From assembly GCA_004292695.1 (NCBI GenBank), contig RDXV01000010.1, positions 1 through 57,649 on the forward strand: 57,649 nt of DNA, written 5' to 3'. The notes under the pieces are model-generated. The model did no database searches. It was not told where the DNA came from and worked only from the letters and a program-made list of their open reading frames with translations. The position numbers were made by a program, and so were the translations under genes. This DNA is from Nostocales cyanobacterium (lineage in GTDB: Bacteria; Cyanobacteriota; Cyanobacteriia; Cyanobacteriales; Nostocaceae). Positions 41,741 to 52,168 of the stretch are shown one piece after another (position 1 is the first letter of the stretch; every line of letters begins with the position of its first letter).

Positions 41741-42796
41741 TTAGGTGCATTCATTACCAACGCTAAAAACGCTGGTTCTGTTCCTAAAGATTTACCAGTT
41801 CCCTTCGCTCATACTCCTAGCTTCGTAGGTTCTCACATCACCGGTTACGACAACATGATGAAGGGAATTCTTTCTACCTTAACAGCAGGTAAAAAGAAAT
41901 CCTCCAGCAATGGCAAAATCAACTTCATGCCTGGTTTTGATACCTACTCAGAAAACACCCGCGAATTAAAGCGGATTGCTTCTTTAATGGGTATTGACTA
42001 CACAGTTCTTTCTGACACCAGTGACTATGTTGACTCACCTAACGATGGTGAATTCAATATGTATCCCGGTGGTACTAAGTTAGAAGATGCAGCAGATTCC
42101 ATCAACGCTAAAGCTACCGTTGCTCTGCAATCTTACTCCTTGACCAAAACTTGCGAATACATCGCTAAGGAATGGAACCAAGACGTTTGTGTTTCTCGTC
42201 CTTGGGGTATCAAAGGAACTGACGAATTCTTAATGAAAGTCAGCGAATTGACTGGTAAAGCAATTCCTGAAGAATTAGAAATCGAACGTGGTCGTGCAGT
42301 TGACGCAATGACCGACTCCCACGCTTGGGTACATGGTAAGCGCTTCGCTATCTACGGTGATCCTGACCTAGTTTACAGTGTAGTTAGCTTCATGTTGGAA
42401 TTAGGCGCTGAACCTGTACACATTTTGGTTCACAACACCAACAAAGAATTTGAAAAAGAATTGCAAACTCTCTTAGATTCTAGCGAATTTGGTAAAGACG
42501 CTAAAATCTGGGGTGGTAAGGACTTGTGGCACTTACGTTCCTTGTTATTCACCGAACCCGTAGACTTATTAATCGGTAACTCCTACGGTAAGTACCTGTG
42601 GCGTGATTGTGGTGTACCCTTAGTAAGAATCGGTTATCCCATCATGGACCGTCACCACTACCACCGCTATGCAACCATCGGTTACAAAGGTGTAATCAAC
42701 TTGTTGAACTGGGTTGTTAACACAATCTTTGAAGAAATTGACCGCAACACCAACGTTGCTGGTAAGACCGATATTTCTTACGACTTAGTACGCTAA
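41741..42796 (+). CDS. nifK: NifK 3' segment (codons 161-511)
   Basis: LGAFITNAKNAGSVPKDLPVPFAHTPSFVGSHITGYDNMMKGIL...; in frame with 39454..39933 after element removal. Confidence 0.9.
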   Translation, partial: LGAFITNAKNAGSVPKDLPVPFAHTPSFVGSHITGYDNMMKGILSTLTAGKKKSSSNGKINFMPGFDTYSENTRELKRIASLMGIDYTVLSDTSDYVDSPNDGEFNMYPGGTKLEDAADSINAKATVALQSYSLTKTCEYIAKEWNQDVCVSRPWGIKGTDEFLMKVSELTGKAIPEELEIERGRAVDAMTDSHAWVHGKRFAIYGDPDLVYSVVSFMLELGAEPVHILVHNTNKEFEKELQTLLDSSEFGKDAKIWGGKDLWHLRSLLFTEPVDLLIGNSYGKYLWRDCGVPLVRIGYPIMDRHHYHRYATIGYKGVINLLNWVVNTIFEEIDRNTNVAGKTDISYDLVR

Positions 42797-42995
42797 GAAA
42801 ATCAAAAGTCAGGTGTTAAAAAACATCTGACTACCAGAAATGGAACAGAAAAGAAATGGGGATTGGGTAATATTTCCCAATTCCCTATTCTAGTAAATCA
42901 GAATAGGAATAGTAGGGGCAAACCCCCTGTGGTTGCCCGTACAGGAGTCAGAATAACTGAAAGTTGCTAAATTGTAGTTATCTCAGATTTGCATT

Positions 42996-43316
42996 ATGGC
43001 ATCTATTCCCCATTCTCATCCTAACTATCATCCACCAAACTATCAAAACCCCGGAAACTTTGACATTTTCCGCCCACTCAGAAGGTTAGTTGATAGTATC
43101 AAAATTAAAAATTATCGCCTAGCCCATTTGATATGTCGAGTAATTCCCTGTTGTTGTCCTTTCGAGCGCGATATTAAATTATTTAGTCGCACATTCCATA
43201 TTCCCGCATTATGTAAAATTAATCCTCTCTATGATGAGGTTGTTGCTTTACGATTTCGAGCTTTGTCATATCTTGCTGATGAATGTGGCGAAGATGTGAC
43301 TAGATATATTTGCTAA
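42996..43316 (+). CDS. Mo-dependent nitrogenase C-terminal domain family protein (Mo-nitro_C)
   Basis: 106 aa with RLAHLICRVIPCCCPFERDI motif; lies between nifK and nifE as in other heterocystous cyanobacteria. Confidence 0.6.
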   Translation: MASIPHSHPNYHPPNYQNPGNFDIFRPLRRLVDSIKIKNYRLAHLICRVIPCCCPFERDIKLFSRTFHIPALCKINPLYDEVVALRFRALSYLADECGEDVTRYIC

Positions 43317-43658
43317 AAAACTCCCATTACTTATTACCCATTACTTTTCTATTAGTCATTATTTATTATTTGTTAGGTATTATTCTTTAATTTAAAATAA
43401 TGACAATTATCAAGAATTGATGTTATTAAAATTCAGTTACAGATAAATAGATATCTTTTCTGAAAAACCATCTGTGTAAATCTAATATTAAGAGGAATTT
43501 TGCGGTAAGTCTATATAGTTTTGTTGAAATTTTAATGTAAGGAGTCAGGAGTCAGGATTCAGAATTTTCCATAGAAGCGTAGCTTTAAAAAGCTGATTAC
43601 TGATAGCTGAATGCTTACAATTTTAATTAATAAAAATCAACCAAGTCGAGACATAAAT

Positions 43659-45026
43659 ATGAAAATGACCCAAAGCAAAATTAACGAACTTCTGAATGAA
43701 TCAGGATGTGAACATAATCAAAATAAACAAGGAGAAAAGAAAAAGAAATCTTGTACCCAACAAGCTCAACCTGGTGCTGCTCAAGGTGGTTGTGCTTTTG
43801 ATGGAGCAATGATAGCATTAGTGCCTATTACTGATGCTGCTCATTTAGTACATGGTCCCATTGCTTGCGCTGGAAACTCTTGGGGAAGTCGTGGTAGTTT
43901 GTCCTCTGGACCAATGTTATACAAGACAGGTTTTACCACAGACTTAACAGAAAATGATGTAATTTTTGGTGGTGAGAAAAAACTATATCAAGGCATTCTC
44001 GCAATTCACAAACGTTATCAACCAGCAGCAATTTTTGTGTATGCTACTTGCGTAACTGCTCTTATTGGTGATGATATGGAAGCAGTTTGTAAAGTAGCAG
44101 CAGAAAAAATTGGTGTTCCTGTTATTCCTGTTATTTCCCCTGGTTTTATAGGTAGTAAAAACCTCGGAAACCGCTTTGGTGGTGAATCTTTATTAGATTA
44201 TGTAGTAGGAACTGCTGAACCAGAATATACTACACCCTATGATATTAACTTAATTGGTGAGTATAATATTGCTGGAGAAATGTGGGGAGTTTTACCATTA
44301 TTTGAAAAATTAGGTATTCGTGTTTTATCCAAAATTACCGGTGATGCTCGCTATCAAGAAATAACCTATGCTCACCGCGCCAAATTAAACGTCATGATTT
44401 GCTCACGGGCATTATTAAACATGGCGCGAAAAATGGAAGAACGTTATGGAATTCCTTACATTGAAGAATCATTTTATGGTATAGATGATATTAACCGTTG
44501 TTTGCGAAATGTCGCTGCAAAATTAGGAGATCCTGATTTACAAGCACGGACAGAAAAATTAATTGCTGAAGAAACAGCAGCGTTAGATATTGCCCTTGCA
44601 CCTTATAGAGAAAGATTAAAAGGTAAGCGAGTGGTACTCTATACTGGTGGTGTAAAAAGTTGGTCAATTATTTCCGCCGCTAAAGATTTAGGAATAGAAG
44701 TAGTTGCCACAAGTACCAGAAAAAGTACAGAAGAAGATAAAGCCAAAATCAAAAAATTACTAGGCAATGATGGCATCATGTTAGAAAAAGGAAATGCCAA
44801 AGAATTGCTCAAATTAGTAGAAGAAACAAAAGCAGATATGTTAATAGCTGGAGGAAGAAACCAGTACACAGCATTAAAAGCAAGAATTCCCTTTTTAGAC
44901 ATTAACCAAGAACGCCATCATCCCTACGCAGGTTATATGGGAATGGTAGAAATGGCGCGGGAATTATACGAAGCATTATATAGCCCAATTTGGGAACAAA
45001 TTCGTAAACCAGCACCTTGGGAGTAG
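43659..45026 (+). CDS. nifE: FeMo-co biosynthesis scaffold NifE
   Basis: [20 protein letters not shown]... and NifD-like fold. The ORF is open from 43611, but the conserved N-terminus begins at 43659. Confidence 0.85.
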   Translation: MKMTQSKINELLNESGCEHNQNKQGEKKKKSCTQQAQPGAAQGGCAFDGAMIALVPITDAAHLVHGPIACAGNSWGSRGSLSSGPMLYKTGFTTDLTENDVIFGGEKKLYQGILAIHKRYQPAAIFVYATCVTALIGDDMEAVCKVAAEKIGVPVIPVISPGFIGSKNLGNRFGGESLLDYVVGTAEPEYTTPYDINLIGEYNIAGEMWGVLPLFEKLGIRVLSKITGDARYQEITYAHRAKLNVMICSRALLNMARKMEERYGIPYIEESFYGIDDINRCLRNVAAKLGDPDLQARTEKLIAEETAALDIALAPYRERLKGKRVVLYTGGVKSWSIISAAKDLGIEVVATSTRKSTEEDKAKIKKLLGNDGIMLEKGNAKELLKLVEETKADMLIAGGRNQYTALKARIPFLDINQERHHPYAGYMGMVEMARELYEALYSPIWEQIRKPAPWE

Positions 45027-45028
45027 TT

Positions 45029-45115
45029 GATAGTTGACAGTTGACAGTTGATAGTTGACAGGATGGGGAGATGGGGAGAAAAAATAATTAATTCTGACTC
45101 CTGACTCAAGAGGGC
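45029..45115. repeat. STRR-type tandem repeats (GTTGACA/GTTGATA)n, (GATGGGGA)n, (CTGACTC)n
   Basis: Tandem repeats in the nifE-nifN intergenic region. Confidence 0.8.
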
Positions 45116-45185
45116 AACCACAGGGGATTGCCCCTACGAATCCTGACTCCTAACAAATTATTTTGAGAATATTGAGAATATATTT

Positions 45186-46514
45186 ATGGCACTTGTTACA
45201 CTTCCAGAAAAACCGGTTTCTGTTAATCCCCTTAAACAAAGTCAAGCATTAGGCGCTTCTTTAGCTTTTTTAGGATTAAAAGGAACTATACCTTTATTTC
45301 ATGGTTCACAAGGTTGTACTGCTTTTGCAAAAGTTGTTTTAGTACGACATTTTCGGGAAGCAATTCCTTTAGCTACTACCGCAATGACGGAAGTTACTAC
45401 CATTTTAGGTGGTGAAGAAAACGTTGAACAAGCTATTTTAACAGTAGTAGAAAAACTGCAACCTGAAATAATTGGTTTATGTACTACTGGGTTAACAGAA
45501 ACTAGAGGCGATGATATAGAACGTTTTTTAAAAGAAATTAGAAAACGTCACCCAGAATTAGATCATTTAGCCATTATTTTTGCTCCTACTCCTGACTTTA
45601 AAGGTGCATTGCAAGATGGTTTTGCTGTTGCAGTAGAAAGCATGGTTAAAGAAATTCCCAAAGCGGGAGGAGTCAAACCAGAACAAATTACAATTTTAGC
45701 TGGTGCTTCTTTTACTCCCGGAGATGTTCAAGAAATCGAAGAAATGGTGAAATCCTTCGGTTTAGAACCTATTTTTGTCCCTAATTTGGGAGCTTCTCTA
45801 GATGGACATTTAGAGGATAATTATAGTGCTATTACTGCTAGTGGTACAACTCTCAAACAATTGCAATCTTTAGGTAGTTCTGCTTTCACAATTGCATTAG
45901 GTGAAAGTATGCGAGGAGCGGCGAAAATTCTCCAGCAAAGGTTTAATACAGACTACGAAGTTTTTAGAGATTTAACAGGTTTAGAACCTGTGGATGAATT
46001 TCTACAAGCCTTATCTGTGTTAAGTGGAAATCCCGTACCAGAAAAATATTGTCGCCAACGTCGTCAGCTACAAGATGCGATGTTAGACACTCATTTTTAT
46101 TTTGGTGCAAAACGGATTTCTCTGGCATTAGAACCTGATTTAATGTGGTCTATGGTGCATTTTCTCCAGTCAATGGGGGCGCAAATTCATGCGGCTGTAA
46201 CTACTACAAAATCACCTTTATTAGAGCATCTACCCATTAAAAATGTCACGATTGGCGATTTAGAAGACTTGGAAGATTTAGCAGTAGGTTCTGATTTATT
46301 GATTGGTAATTCTAATGTTAATACTATTGCTAAACGGCTTTCAATTCCTCTTTATCGTTTGGGTATTCCTATCTACGACAGATTAGGAAATGGCTTATTT
46401 ACCAAAGTAGGCTATCGCGGTTCTATGGATGTTTTATTTGGTATTGGCAACCTATTCATAGAACAAGAAGAAGCATTAATGATGAACCAGTGGAAAGAGG
46501 TAATGAATGGGTAA
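45186..46514 (+). CDS. nifN: FeMo-co biosynthesis protein NifN
   Basis: 442 aa, NifK-like fold; follows nifE. Confidence 0.85.
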   Translation: MALVTLPEKPVSVNPLKQSQALGASLAFLGLKGTIPLFHGSQGCTAFAKVVLVRHFREAIPLATTAMTEVTTILGGEENVEQAILTVVEKLQPEIIGLCTTGLTETRGDDIERFLKEIRKRHPELDHLAIIFAPTPDFKGALQDGFAVAVESMVKEIPKAGGVKPEQITILAGASFTPGDVQEIEEMVKSFGLEPIFVPNLGASLDGHLEDNYSAITASGTTLKQLQSLGSSAFTIALGESMRGAAKILQQRFNTDYEVFRDLTGLEPVDEFLQALSVLSGNPVPEKYCRQRRQLQDAMLDTHFYFGAKRISLALEPDLMWSMVHFLQSMGAQIHAAVTTTKSPLLEHLPIKNVTIGDLEDLEDLAVGSDLLIGNSNVNTIAKRLSIPLYRLGIPIYDRLGNGLFTKVGYRGSMDVLFGIGNLFIEQEEALMMNQWKEVMNG

Positions 46515-46599
46515 TTGGTGATATCTCGTTCCTAGTCTCTGACTAGGAATGCTATCACAGAGTCTCTGACTCTGGCATTACTAAAGGCAGAGCCTTTTA

Positions 46600-46725
46600 A
46601 AATTCATTCCCATACAGAGTATGGGAACGAGAAACGAAAAATACAGAGTATGGGAACGAGAAAAAATAAATAAATTAACTCTTTCCTGTTCCCTGTTCCC
46701 TATTCCCTATTCCCTATTCCCTTTT
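46600..46725. repeat. 21-bp direct repeat (ACAGAGTATGGGAACGAGAAA x2) followed by (TTCCCTR)n heptamers
   Basis: Tandem repeats in the nifN-nifX intergenic region. Confidence 0.8.
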
Positions 46726-46743
46726 TTTATTGACAAAGGAAGA

Positions 46744-47163
46744 ATGAAAGTGAAAATTGCATTTACGACTACTGATAGAATTCATATTAACGCTCACTTT
46801 GGCTGGGCTAAGGAAATTGATGTTTATGAAATTTCCGATCAAGGATATGAATTTATCGAAACTTTAACCTTTGAAGGTGATCTCAAAGAAGATGGTAATG
46901 AAGATAAAATTACCCCTAAATTGGATGCCTTAAAAGATTGTACAATAGTTTATGTAGTGGCTATTGGTGGAAGTGCGGCCGCTCGTTTAATTAAACATGG
47001 CGTGACACCAGTCAAGGCGAAATCAGAAGAAGAAAAGATTGAAGAAATCTTGACTAAATTAGTGCAAACCTTAAAAGGGAATCCTCCACCTTGGTTGCGT
47101 AAAGCTTTAGGTCAAAAGAAATCTAACTTTTTAGAGGAATTAGAAGACGAAGCAGCGGTATGA
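46744..47163 (+). CDS. nifX: NifX
   Basis: MKVKIAFTTTDRIHINAHFGWAKEIDVYEIS dinitrogenase FeMo-co-binding fold. The ORF-track start at 46621 runs through the repeats; the real start is the ATG at 46744. Confidence 0.8.
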   Translation: MKVKIAFTTTDRIHINAHFGWAKEIDVYEISDQGYEFIETLTFEGDLKEDGNEDKITPKLDALKDCTIVYVVAIGGSAAARLIKHGVTPVKAKSEEEKIEEILTKLVQTLKGNPPPWLRKALGQKKSNFLEELEDEAAV

Positions 47164-47636
47164 GTGAAAATAATAGTGTGAACGGAAACGGAACAAATAC
47201 AGTAATTTCTTCACCTTTTCTGAAGACATTAGTACAACAAATCAGATCCAGTGATAGCTATGGTTTTTATAGAAATTGGTCTGATGAATTGATTCTTAAA
47301 CCTTTTGTAGTTACAAAACAAAAGAAGAAAGAAATTTCTACAGAAGGTGAAGTAGATCCCGCTACAATTTCCCGAATTAATGCTTTTTTTAGAGCTATAG
47401 CTTCTGGAATTGAAAACGAAACCGGACTACTTTCTAATGTAGTGGTGCAATTAGGACATGAAGGTTTTGGTTGGGCATTAGTTTTTTCTGGGCGGTTATT
47501 ATTAACTATTAAAACCTTACGTGATGCTCACCGTTTTGGTTTTGAATCCCTAGAAAAGCTCAACGAAGAGGGAGAAAAGTTTGTTGAAAAAGGCATTGAA
47601 TTAGCTAAACGTTTCCCCGAAGTTGGCAATTTGTAA
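47160..47636 (+). CDS. NifX-associated nitrogen fixation protein (DUF269)
   Basis: 158 aa with an RDAHRFGF motif; overlaps the nifX stop (ATGA). Confidence 0.7.
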   Translation: MSENNSVNGNGTNTVISSPFLKTLVQQIRSSDSYGFYRNWSDELILKPFVVTKQKKKEISTEGEVDPATISRINAFFRAIASGIENETGLLSNVVVQLGHEGFGWALVFSGRLLLTIKTLRDAHRFGFESLEKLNEEGEKFVEKGIELAKRFPEVGNL

Positions 47637-47640
47637 TTTT

Positions 47641-47762
47641 AGGTAATTGGTGATTGGTGATTGGTGACTGGGGACTGGGAAGAATAAACTTTTGCCTCTT
47701 GCCTTTTGCCTCTTGCCTTTTACCTATTCCCTATTCCCTATTCCCTATTCCCTATTCCCTAT
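47641..47762. repeat. STRR heptamers (GGTGATT)n, (TTGCCTC/TTGCCTT)n, (TATTCCC)n
   Basis: Tandem heptamers. Confidence 0.8.
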
Positions 47763-47767
47763 TTCCA

Positions 47768-47968
47768 ATGACCATTGACGAACTGAAAACCACAATTAAA
47801 AAGCTAAATAGTAAAGCAGGTCAAATGAAAATGGATCTGCATGATTTAGCGGAAGGATTACCTACAGATTACGAAAAACTAATGGATGTTGCGGCTGAGA
47901 CATACGAAATATATTGTCAGCTAAATGAACTCAAGCAACAACTTAAACAAATGGAGAAAAATCAATGA
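47768..47968 (+). CDS. small nif-cluster protein (DUF683-like, coiled-coil)
   Basis: 66 aa MTIDELKTTIKKLN...; the conserved small ORF between DUF269 and nifW; the real start is the ATG at 47768. Confidence 0.55.
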   Translation: MTIDELKTTIKKLNSKAGQMKMDLHDLAEGLPTDYEKLMDVAAETYEIYCQLNELKQQLKQMEKNQ

Positions 47969-48282
47969 GTGGCACTCTTGCAGAATTTAAAAAAATCGTA
48001 GAAGCAGAAGCATATTTTCAGTTTTTTAATCTGCCTTACGATCAACATTTTGTTAACGTCAATCGCCTACATATTTTGAAGAAATTTTCTCAATTTATGT
48101 ATCAAATTGATGAAGAATATCCTAACTTGAGTGAAGCAGAAAAATTAGAAAAATATAGTCAAGCCTTAGAACAAGCATATCAAGTTTTTATGGAATCTAC
48201 ACCCCACGAACAAAAACTGTTCAAGGTGTTTAGAGATAAGCCAAAAAATGTAGTTACATTAACAGAAATCACTTCTGATTAG
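47965..48282 (+). CDS. nifW: NifW nitrogenase-stabilising protein
   Basis: MSGTLAEFKKIVEAEAYFQFFNLPYDQ...; overlaps the previous stop (ATGA). Confidence 0.8.
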   Translation: MSGTLAEFKKIVEAEAYFQFFNLPYDQHFVNVNRLHILKKFSQFMYQIDEEYPNLSEAEKLEKYSQALEQAYQVFMESTPHEQKLFKVFRDKPKNVVTLTEITSD

Positions 48283-48292
48283 GAGGTATAAA

Positions 48293-49075
48293 TTGATCAA
48301 CCTAACGCCTAAAGAATTGGAGCGATATAGTCGCCAAATGATGCTTCCTAACTTTGGTGAATTAGCTCAAAAGCGCCTAAAATCAGCAACGGTTCTGGTG
48401 ACTGGTGTGGGGGGATTAGGCGGTACAGCGGCGCTTTACTTAACAGTAGCAGGTGTTGGGCGGCTGATCTTAGTCCGGGGTGGTGATTTGCGTCTTGATG
48501 ACATGAATCGTCAGATTTTAATGACTGATGATTGGGTAGGAAAACCGAGAGTTTTTAAAGCTAAAGAAACTTTAGAAGCTATAAATCCCGATGTGCAAAT
48601 TGAAGTAATTCATGATTATATTACCTCAGAAAATGTAGATTCATTGGTGCAATCTGCGGATATGGCTTTAGATTGCGCCCACAATTTTACTGAGCGTAAT
48701 TTATTAAATGAAGCCTGTGTGCGTTGGCGGAAACCAATGGTGGAAGCTGCAATGGATGGAATGGAGGCTTACCTAACAACAATTATTCCTGGTGTGACTC
48801 CTTGTTTATCCTGTTTGTTTCCAGAAAAACCAGATTGGGATCGACGTGCTTTTTCAGTTTTAGGGGCTGTTTCTGGGACTTTAGCTTGTTTAACAGCGCT
48901 GGAAGCTATTAAGTTAATTACAGGTTTTAGTCAACCATTATTATCAGAATTACTCACAATTGATTTACAGAGAATGGAATTTGCTAAACGTCGTTCTCAT
49001 CGTGATCGTAATTGTCCAGTTTGTGGTAATACAGCGCCTTGGAGATATTCCCAATCCCAATCTTTATCAGTTTAA
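48293..49075 (+). CDS. hesA: HesA (MoeB/ThiF-family E1-like protein)
   Basis: YSRQ motif, GVGGLGG nucleotide-binding loop and a C-terminal CxxC pair; precedes hesB. Confidence 0.85.
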   Translation: MINLTPKELERYSRQMMLPNFGELAQKRLKSATVLVTGVGGLGGTAALYLTVAGVGRLILVRGGDLRLDDMNRQILMTDDWVGKPRVFKAKETLEAINPDVQIEVIHDYITSENVDSLVQSADMALDCAHNFTERNLLNEACVRWRKPMVEAAMDGMEAYLTTIIPGVTPCLSCLFPEKPDWDRRAFSVLGAVSGTLACLTALEAIKLITGFSQPLLSELLTIDLQRMEFAKRRSHRDRNCPVCGNTAPWRYSQSQSLSV

Positions 49076-49144
49076 AGTTTCACCACAAAACAATAATTAA
49101 CCTACATCTGCAAATCGGAATAATCGCTACAGGGTAGAAAAAAA

Positions 49145-49516
49145 ATGACTGTTACTTTAACAGAAAAAGCAGAATTTCGTTTAAGAGCTTTTTTAAAAGG
49201 TTCTGCTTCTGAAGAAAATCAACCCAAAAAAGGTATCCGTCTCTCCGTTAAAGGCGGTGGTTGCAATGGCTATGAATATGGTTTAGAAATTACCAGTAAG
49301 CCCCAACCGAATGATATTGTTACTCAACAAGGTAATGTTGTAATTTACATTGATGCTGAGAGCGCACCATTATTAGAAGGTGTGGAAATAGATTTTGTTG
49401 AAGGTGTAATGGATAGCGGTTTTAAGTTCTCCAACCCCAACGCAACTGATACCTGTGGTTGTGGAAAATCTTTTAAAGCTGGAGATTGTTCACCTAACGG
49501 TGTACCTTGCAGCTAA
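49145..49516 (+). CDS. hesB: HesB (IscA-type Fe-S assembly protein)
   Basis: GGCNGYEY and CGCGKSF motifs of A-type carriers. Confidence 0.85.
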   Translation: MTVTLTEKAEFRLRAFLKGSASEENQPKKGIRLSVKGGGCNGYEYGLEITSKPQPNDIVTQQGNVVIYIDAESAPLLEGVEIDFVEGVMDSGFKFSNPNATDTCGCGKSFKAGDCSPNGVPCS

Positions 49517-49799
49517 AAAATTTTGGAACTTAGGAAAAAATAAATATGGATTCTTTTCTAAGTTCCATCTTTTAACAGTGGACAGTGAACAGTTAACAGT
49601 GAACAGTAAATAGTTATTTGGTGAATTAAACTGAACTTTTTCACCTTTGTCTACTGCTATTTTACTTACAAAATTACAAGTTCTCTGTAGACAATCTCTA
49701 CATTATTTGTCTACATAAGGGGACATTTACCTAACTAGATTAGGTAAAAACTCACTACACAAATTACAAGTTCTATCCAATTTTGAGGAGAACCGAAAA

Positions 49800-50099
49800 A
49801 TGGCAACCTATCAAGTTAAACTAATCAACAAAAAAGAAGGATTAGACACTACAATTGAATGTCCTGATGATATGACAATTGTAGATGCAGCAGCAGAAGC
49901 AGGAATTGATTTACCTGTTTCTTGTAGTGCTGGTGCTTGTTCTAGCTGTGTAGGTAAAATTGTTGAAGGTGAAATTAACCAGGATGATCAAAGTTTCTTA
50001 GATAACGATCAACTGGATCAAGGTTTTGCTTTATTATGTGTTACTTATCCTCGCTCTAATTGCACAATCAAAACCCACCAAGAACCTTATTTGGTTTAA
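49800..50099 (+). CDS. fdxH: heterocyst-type [2Fe-2S] plant-like ferredoxin FdxH
   Basis: 99 aa [10 protein letters not shown]...[12 protein letters not shown]...LLCVTYP. Confidence 0.85.
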   Translation: MATYQVKLINKKEGLDTTIECPDDMTIVDAAAEAGIDLPVSCSAGACSSCVGKIVEGEINQDDQSFLDNDQLDQGFALLCVTYPRSNCTIKTHQEPYLV

Positions 50100-50211
50100 T
50101 ACAAATTTAGGTTTTAGTATCCCTAAACACCTATTTTAATCTTAATGATGATGGATGATTATTGATCATCTTTCATCATTTCAGTTTTTGCTGTCTAGGT
50201 ATAATTCTTAG

Positions 50212-50469
50212 TTGGAAATGTTCACTTCTTTTACAATTACAGGCTGTTCTTTAGAATTACTCAAACCTGGTGATAAAGGTATTGTTACTATCTGTCAAAC
50301 CCAGGATGAAACAATTAGAAAAAAACTCACTGCTCTAGGTATCAGAACAGGCATTCATATCACTGTAGAACAACAGTTTCCATCTATTATTATTAAAGCT
50401 GCTAATGTCTCTTTGACTATTGATAAAGCTATAGCGAGAGCTATTTATATTCGTGTACTTGAAGATTGA
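50212..50469 (+). CDS. FeoA-domain protein
   Basis: 85 aa with the LKPGDKGIVT SH3-like FeoA signature. Confidence 0.55.
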   Translation: MEMFTSFTITGCSLELLKPGDKGIVTICQTQDETIRKKLTALGIRTGIHITVEQQFPSIIIKAANVSLTIDKAIARAIYIRVLED

Positions 50470-50593
50470 GATTGAGTATCTATTTAATTTTTCAAACCTA
50501 TAAATATCAAGAGTTTTAGGACTGACGGCTAAAAAATACTCTGAATTACACATTTAATATTAAAATTAATAACAGTAATATTAAAATATCAGC

Positions 50594-51181
50594 TTGTCCG
50601 TGAAAACTCAGAAATTACCGATCCAAAATTTAGCCGCTAAAATCTTTCATACTCTCAATATTATTAGTCTATTCTTAATGATTACCAGCGGGTTACAAAT
50701 TTACAACGCTAACCCCGTTTTTGGCGGCCGTGCAGGTTTACACATTCCCCCCATTTTCACATTAGGAGCTTGGTTAGCAGGGGGTAGACATTGGCATTTT
50801 GCAGCAATGTGGTTATTTTCCCTCAACCTTCTATTCTACGGAATTTTTATTTTCATCACCAGAAGATGGCGACATAAATTTGTAGGAAAAAACGACATCA
50901 AAGCCCTACAAAAAACCCAAAACCCCAAACGCCTAACCTATGCTTGGCATCGCATTATTTACACATCCATAATTCCCATATTATTACTAGCAATTTTAAC
51001 AGGAATAGGAATGTACAAACCTGCCCAATTTCCCTGGATAGTTGATATGTTTGGAGATTGGCAAGCACTAAGAATAGTACACCTTGCCTCAGTTCCCCTA
51101 ATTACAATATTCGTCATCATTCATTGGAAATTAGGCAAAAAAGCCGGAGGAGAAAAACTCATAGAATCAATGTTTTGGTAA
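50594..51181 (+). CDS. MsrQ/YedZ-like membrane heme-b protein (cytochrome b-type)
   Basis: About 5 transmembrane helices with conserved His; adjacent to a molybdopterin oxidoreductase. Confidence 0.55.
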   Translation: MSVKTQKLPIQNLAAKIFHTLNIISLFLMITSGLQIYNANPVFGGRAGLHIPPIFTLGAWLAGGRHWHFAAMWLFSLNLLFYGIFIFITRRWRHKFVGKNDIKALQKTQNPKRLTYAWHRIIYTSIIPILLLAILTGIGMYKPAQFPWIVDMFGDWQALRIVHLASVPLITIFVIIHWKLGKKAGGEKLIESMFW

Positions 51182-51202
51182 CTAAAAGTGACAGGTGATA
51201 AG

Positions 51203-51265
51203 ATCCCCGACTTCTGACATCAATTTATCATTTATGAACACAATAAATCAAAGAAGTCGGGGATA
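51203..51265. repeat. palindromic mini-element GATCCCCGACTTC-(37 nt)-GAAGTCGGGGAT
   Basis: Third copy of the family; lies between the MsrQ-like and MsrP-like genes. Confidence 0.8.
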
Positions 51266-51366
51266 TGGGTATGAAAGAGTGCGATGCCTGAATACTTACA
51301 ATCATAAAGACTATCTTCTCTCTGCGTCTCTGCGGTTCATATCAAAAAGTAAAACCAAAAATCACA

Positions 51367-52095
51367 ATGAAAAAACATTTAATTCACATCCCTAAACCCC
51401 AAATAACTCGCCGTAAACTATTACAAATTACCGGAATTTCCAGCATAGGAACTTTACTCAGTAGTTGCGGAACACCAGCATTAGAAGACTTAGTAGGTAA
51501 ACTTTCTGAACCAGTCAACCAAAAAGTAGAACAACTAATATTTCAACCCCAAAAACTCGTACCCGAATTTTCCATTAACGACATTCAACCCAAAGAATTA
51601 ATAGTTAACAGTTTCCGGGGTACACCAATAATTGATGTTGATAAATTCCGGTTAATTATAGATGGAGAAGTCAACAACCCCCTGAGTTTAAGCATGGCAG
51701 AAATTCAAAATTTACCCCTAACTTCCATGATAATTCGTCATGTTTGCGTAGAAGGTTGGGCGGCAATTGTGCAATGGGGAGGGATACGTTTACGAGATTT
51801 AATTGCCTTATCCCAACCAAAAAATAATGTTAAATATGTCTATTTTCAATCAGCAGATGGTTATTATGAAAGTTGGGATTTACCATCAGTAACCCATCCT
51901 CAAACATTATTAGCTTATCAAAAAAATGGTGAACAATTACCCATTGAAAATGGCGCACCCTTACGTTTAGCTTCACCAATTAAATTAGGTTATAAACAAA
52001 GTAAATGGGTAACAAGAGTGACTTTAACTAGCCAATTATCCAATTTTAAAGGTTATTGGGAAGATCAAGGTTATGAATGGTTTGCAGGGTTGTAG
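51367..52095 (+). CDS. MsrP/YedY-like molybdopterin-dependent oxidoreductase (sulfite-oxidase fold)
   Basis: Twin-arginine-like RRKLLQITGISS signal and a Moco-binding domain (GWAAIVQWGGIRLRDL...NGAPLRL). Confidence 0.65.
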   Translation: MKKHLIHIPKPQITRRKLLQITGISSIGTLLSSCGTPALEDLVGKLSEPVNQKVEQLIFQPQKLVPEFSINDIQPKELIVNSFRGTPIIDVDKFRLIIDGEVNNPLSLSMAEIQNLPLTSMIIRHVCVEGWAAIVQWGGIRLRDLIALSQPKNNVKYVYFQSADGYYESWDLPSVTHPQTLLAYQKNGEQLPIENGAPLRLASPIKLGYKQSKWVTRVTLTSQLSNFKGYWEDQGYEWFAGL

Positions 52096-52168
52096 AACAA
52101 ATTAAGTTGAGAAAAATTATTAGGTGTAAAAGATAATCCTTTACACCCTGTAAGTAAAAATTTAAGAT

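Noticed and set aside
42800-42835. Possible intrinsic terminator hairpin (AGTCAGGTGTT-aaaaa-ACATCTGACT) after nifK
   Set aside because: The stem is imperfect and not followed by a T-run, so evidence is insufficient to call a terminator.
44639-45121. Minus-strand ORFs 44639..44902 and 44933..45121
   Set aside because: Antisense to nifE and to the nifE-nifN repeat region.
48724-48912. 62-aa ORF inside hesA
   Set aside because: Alternative-frame overlap within hesA.
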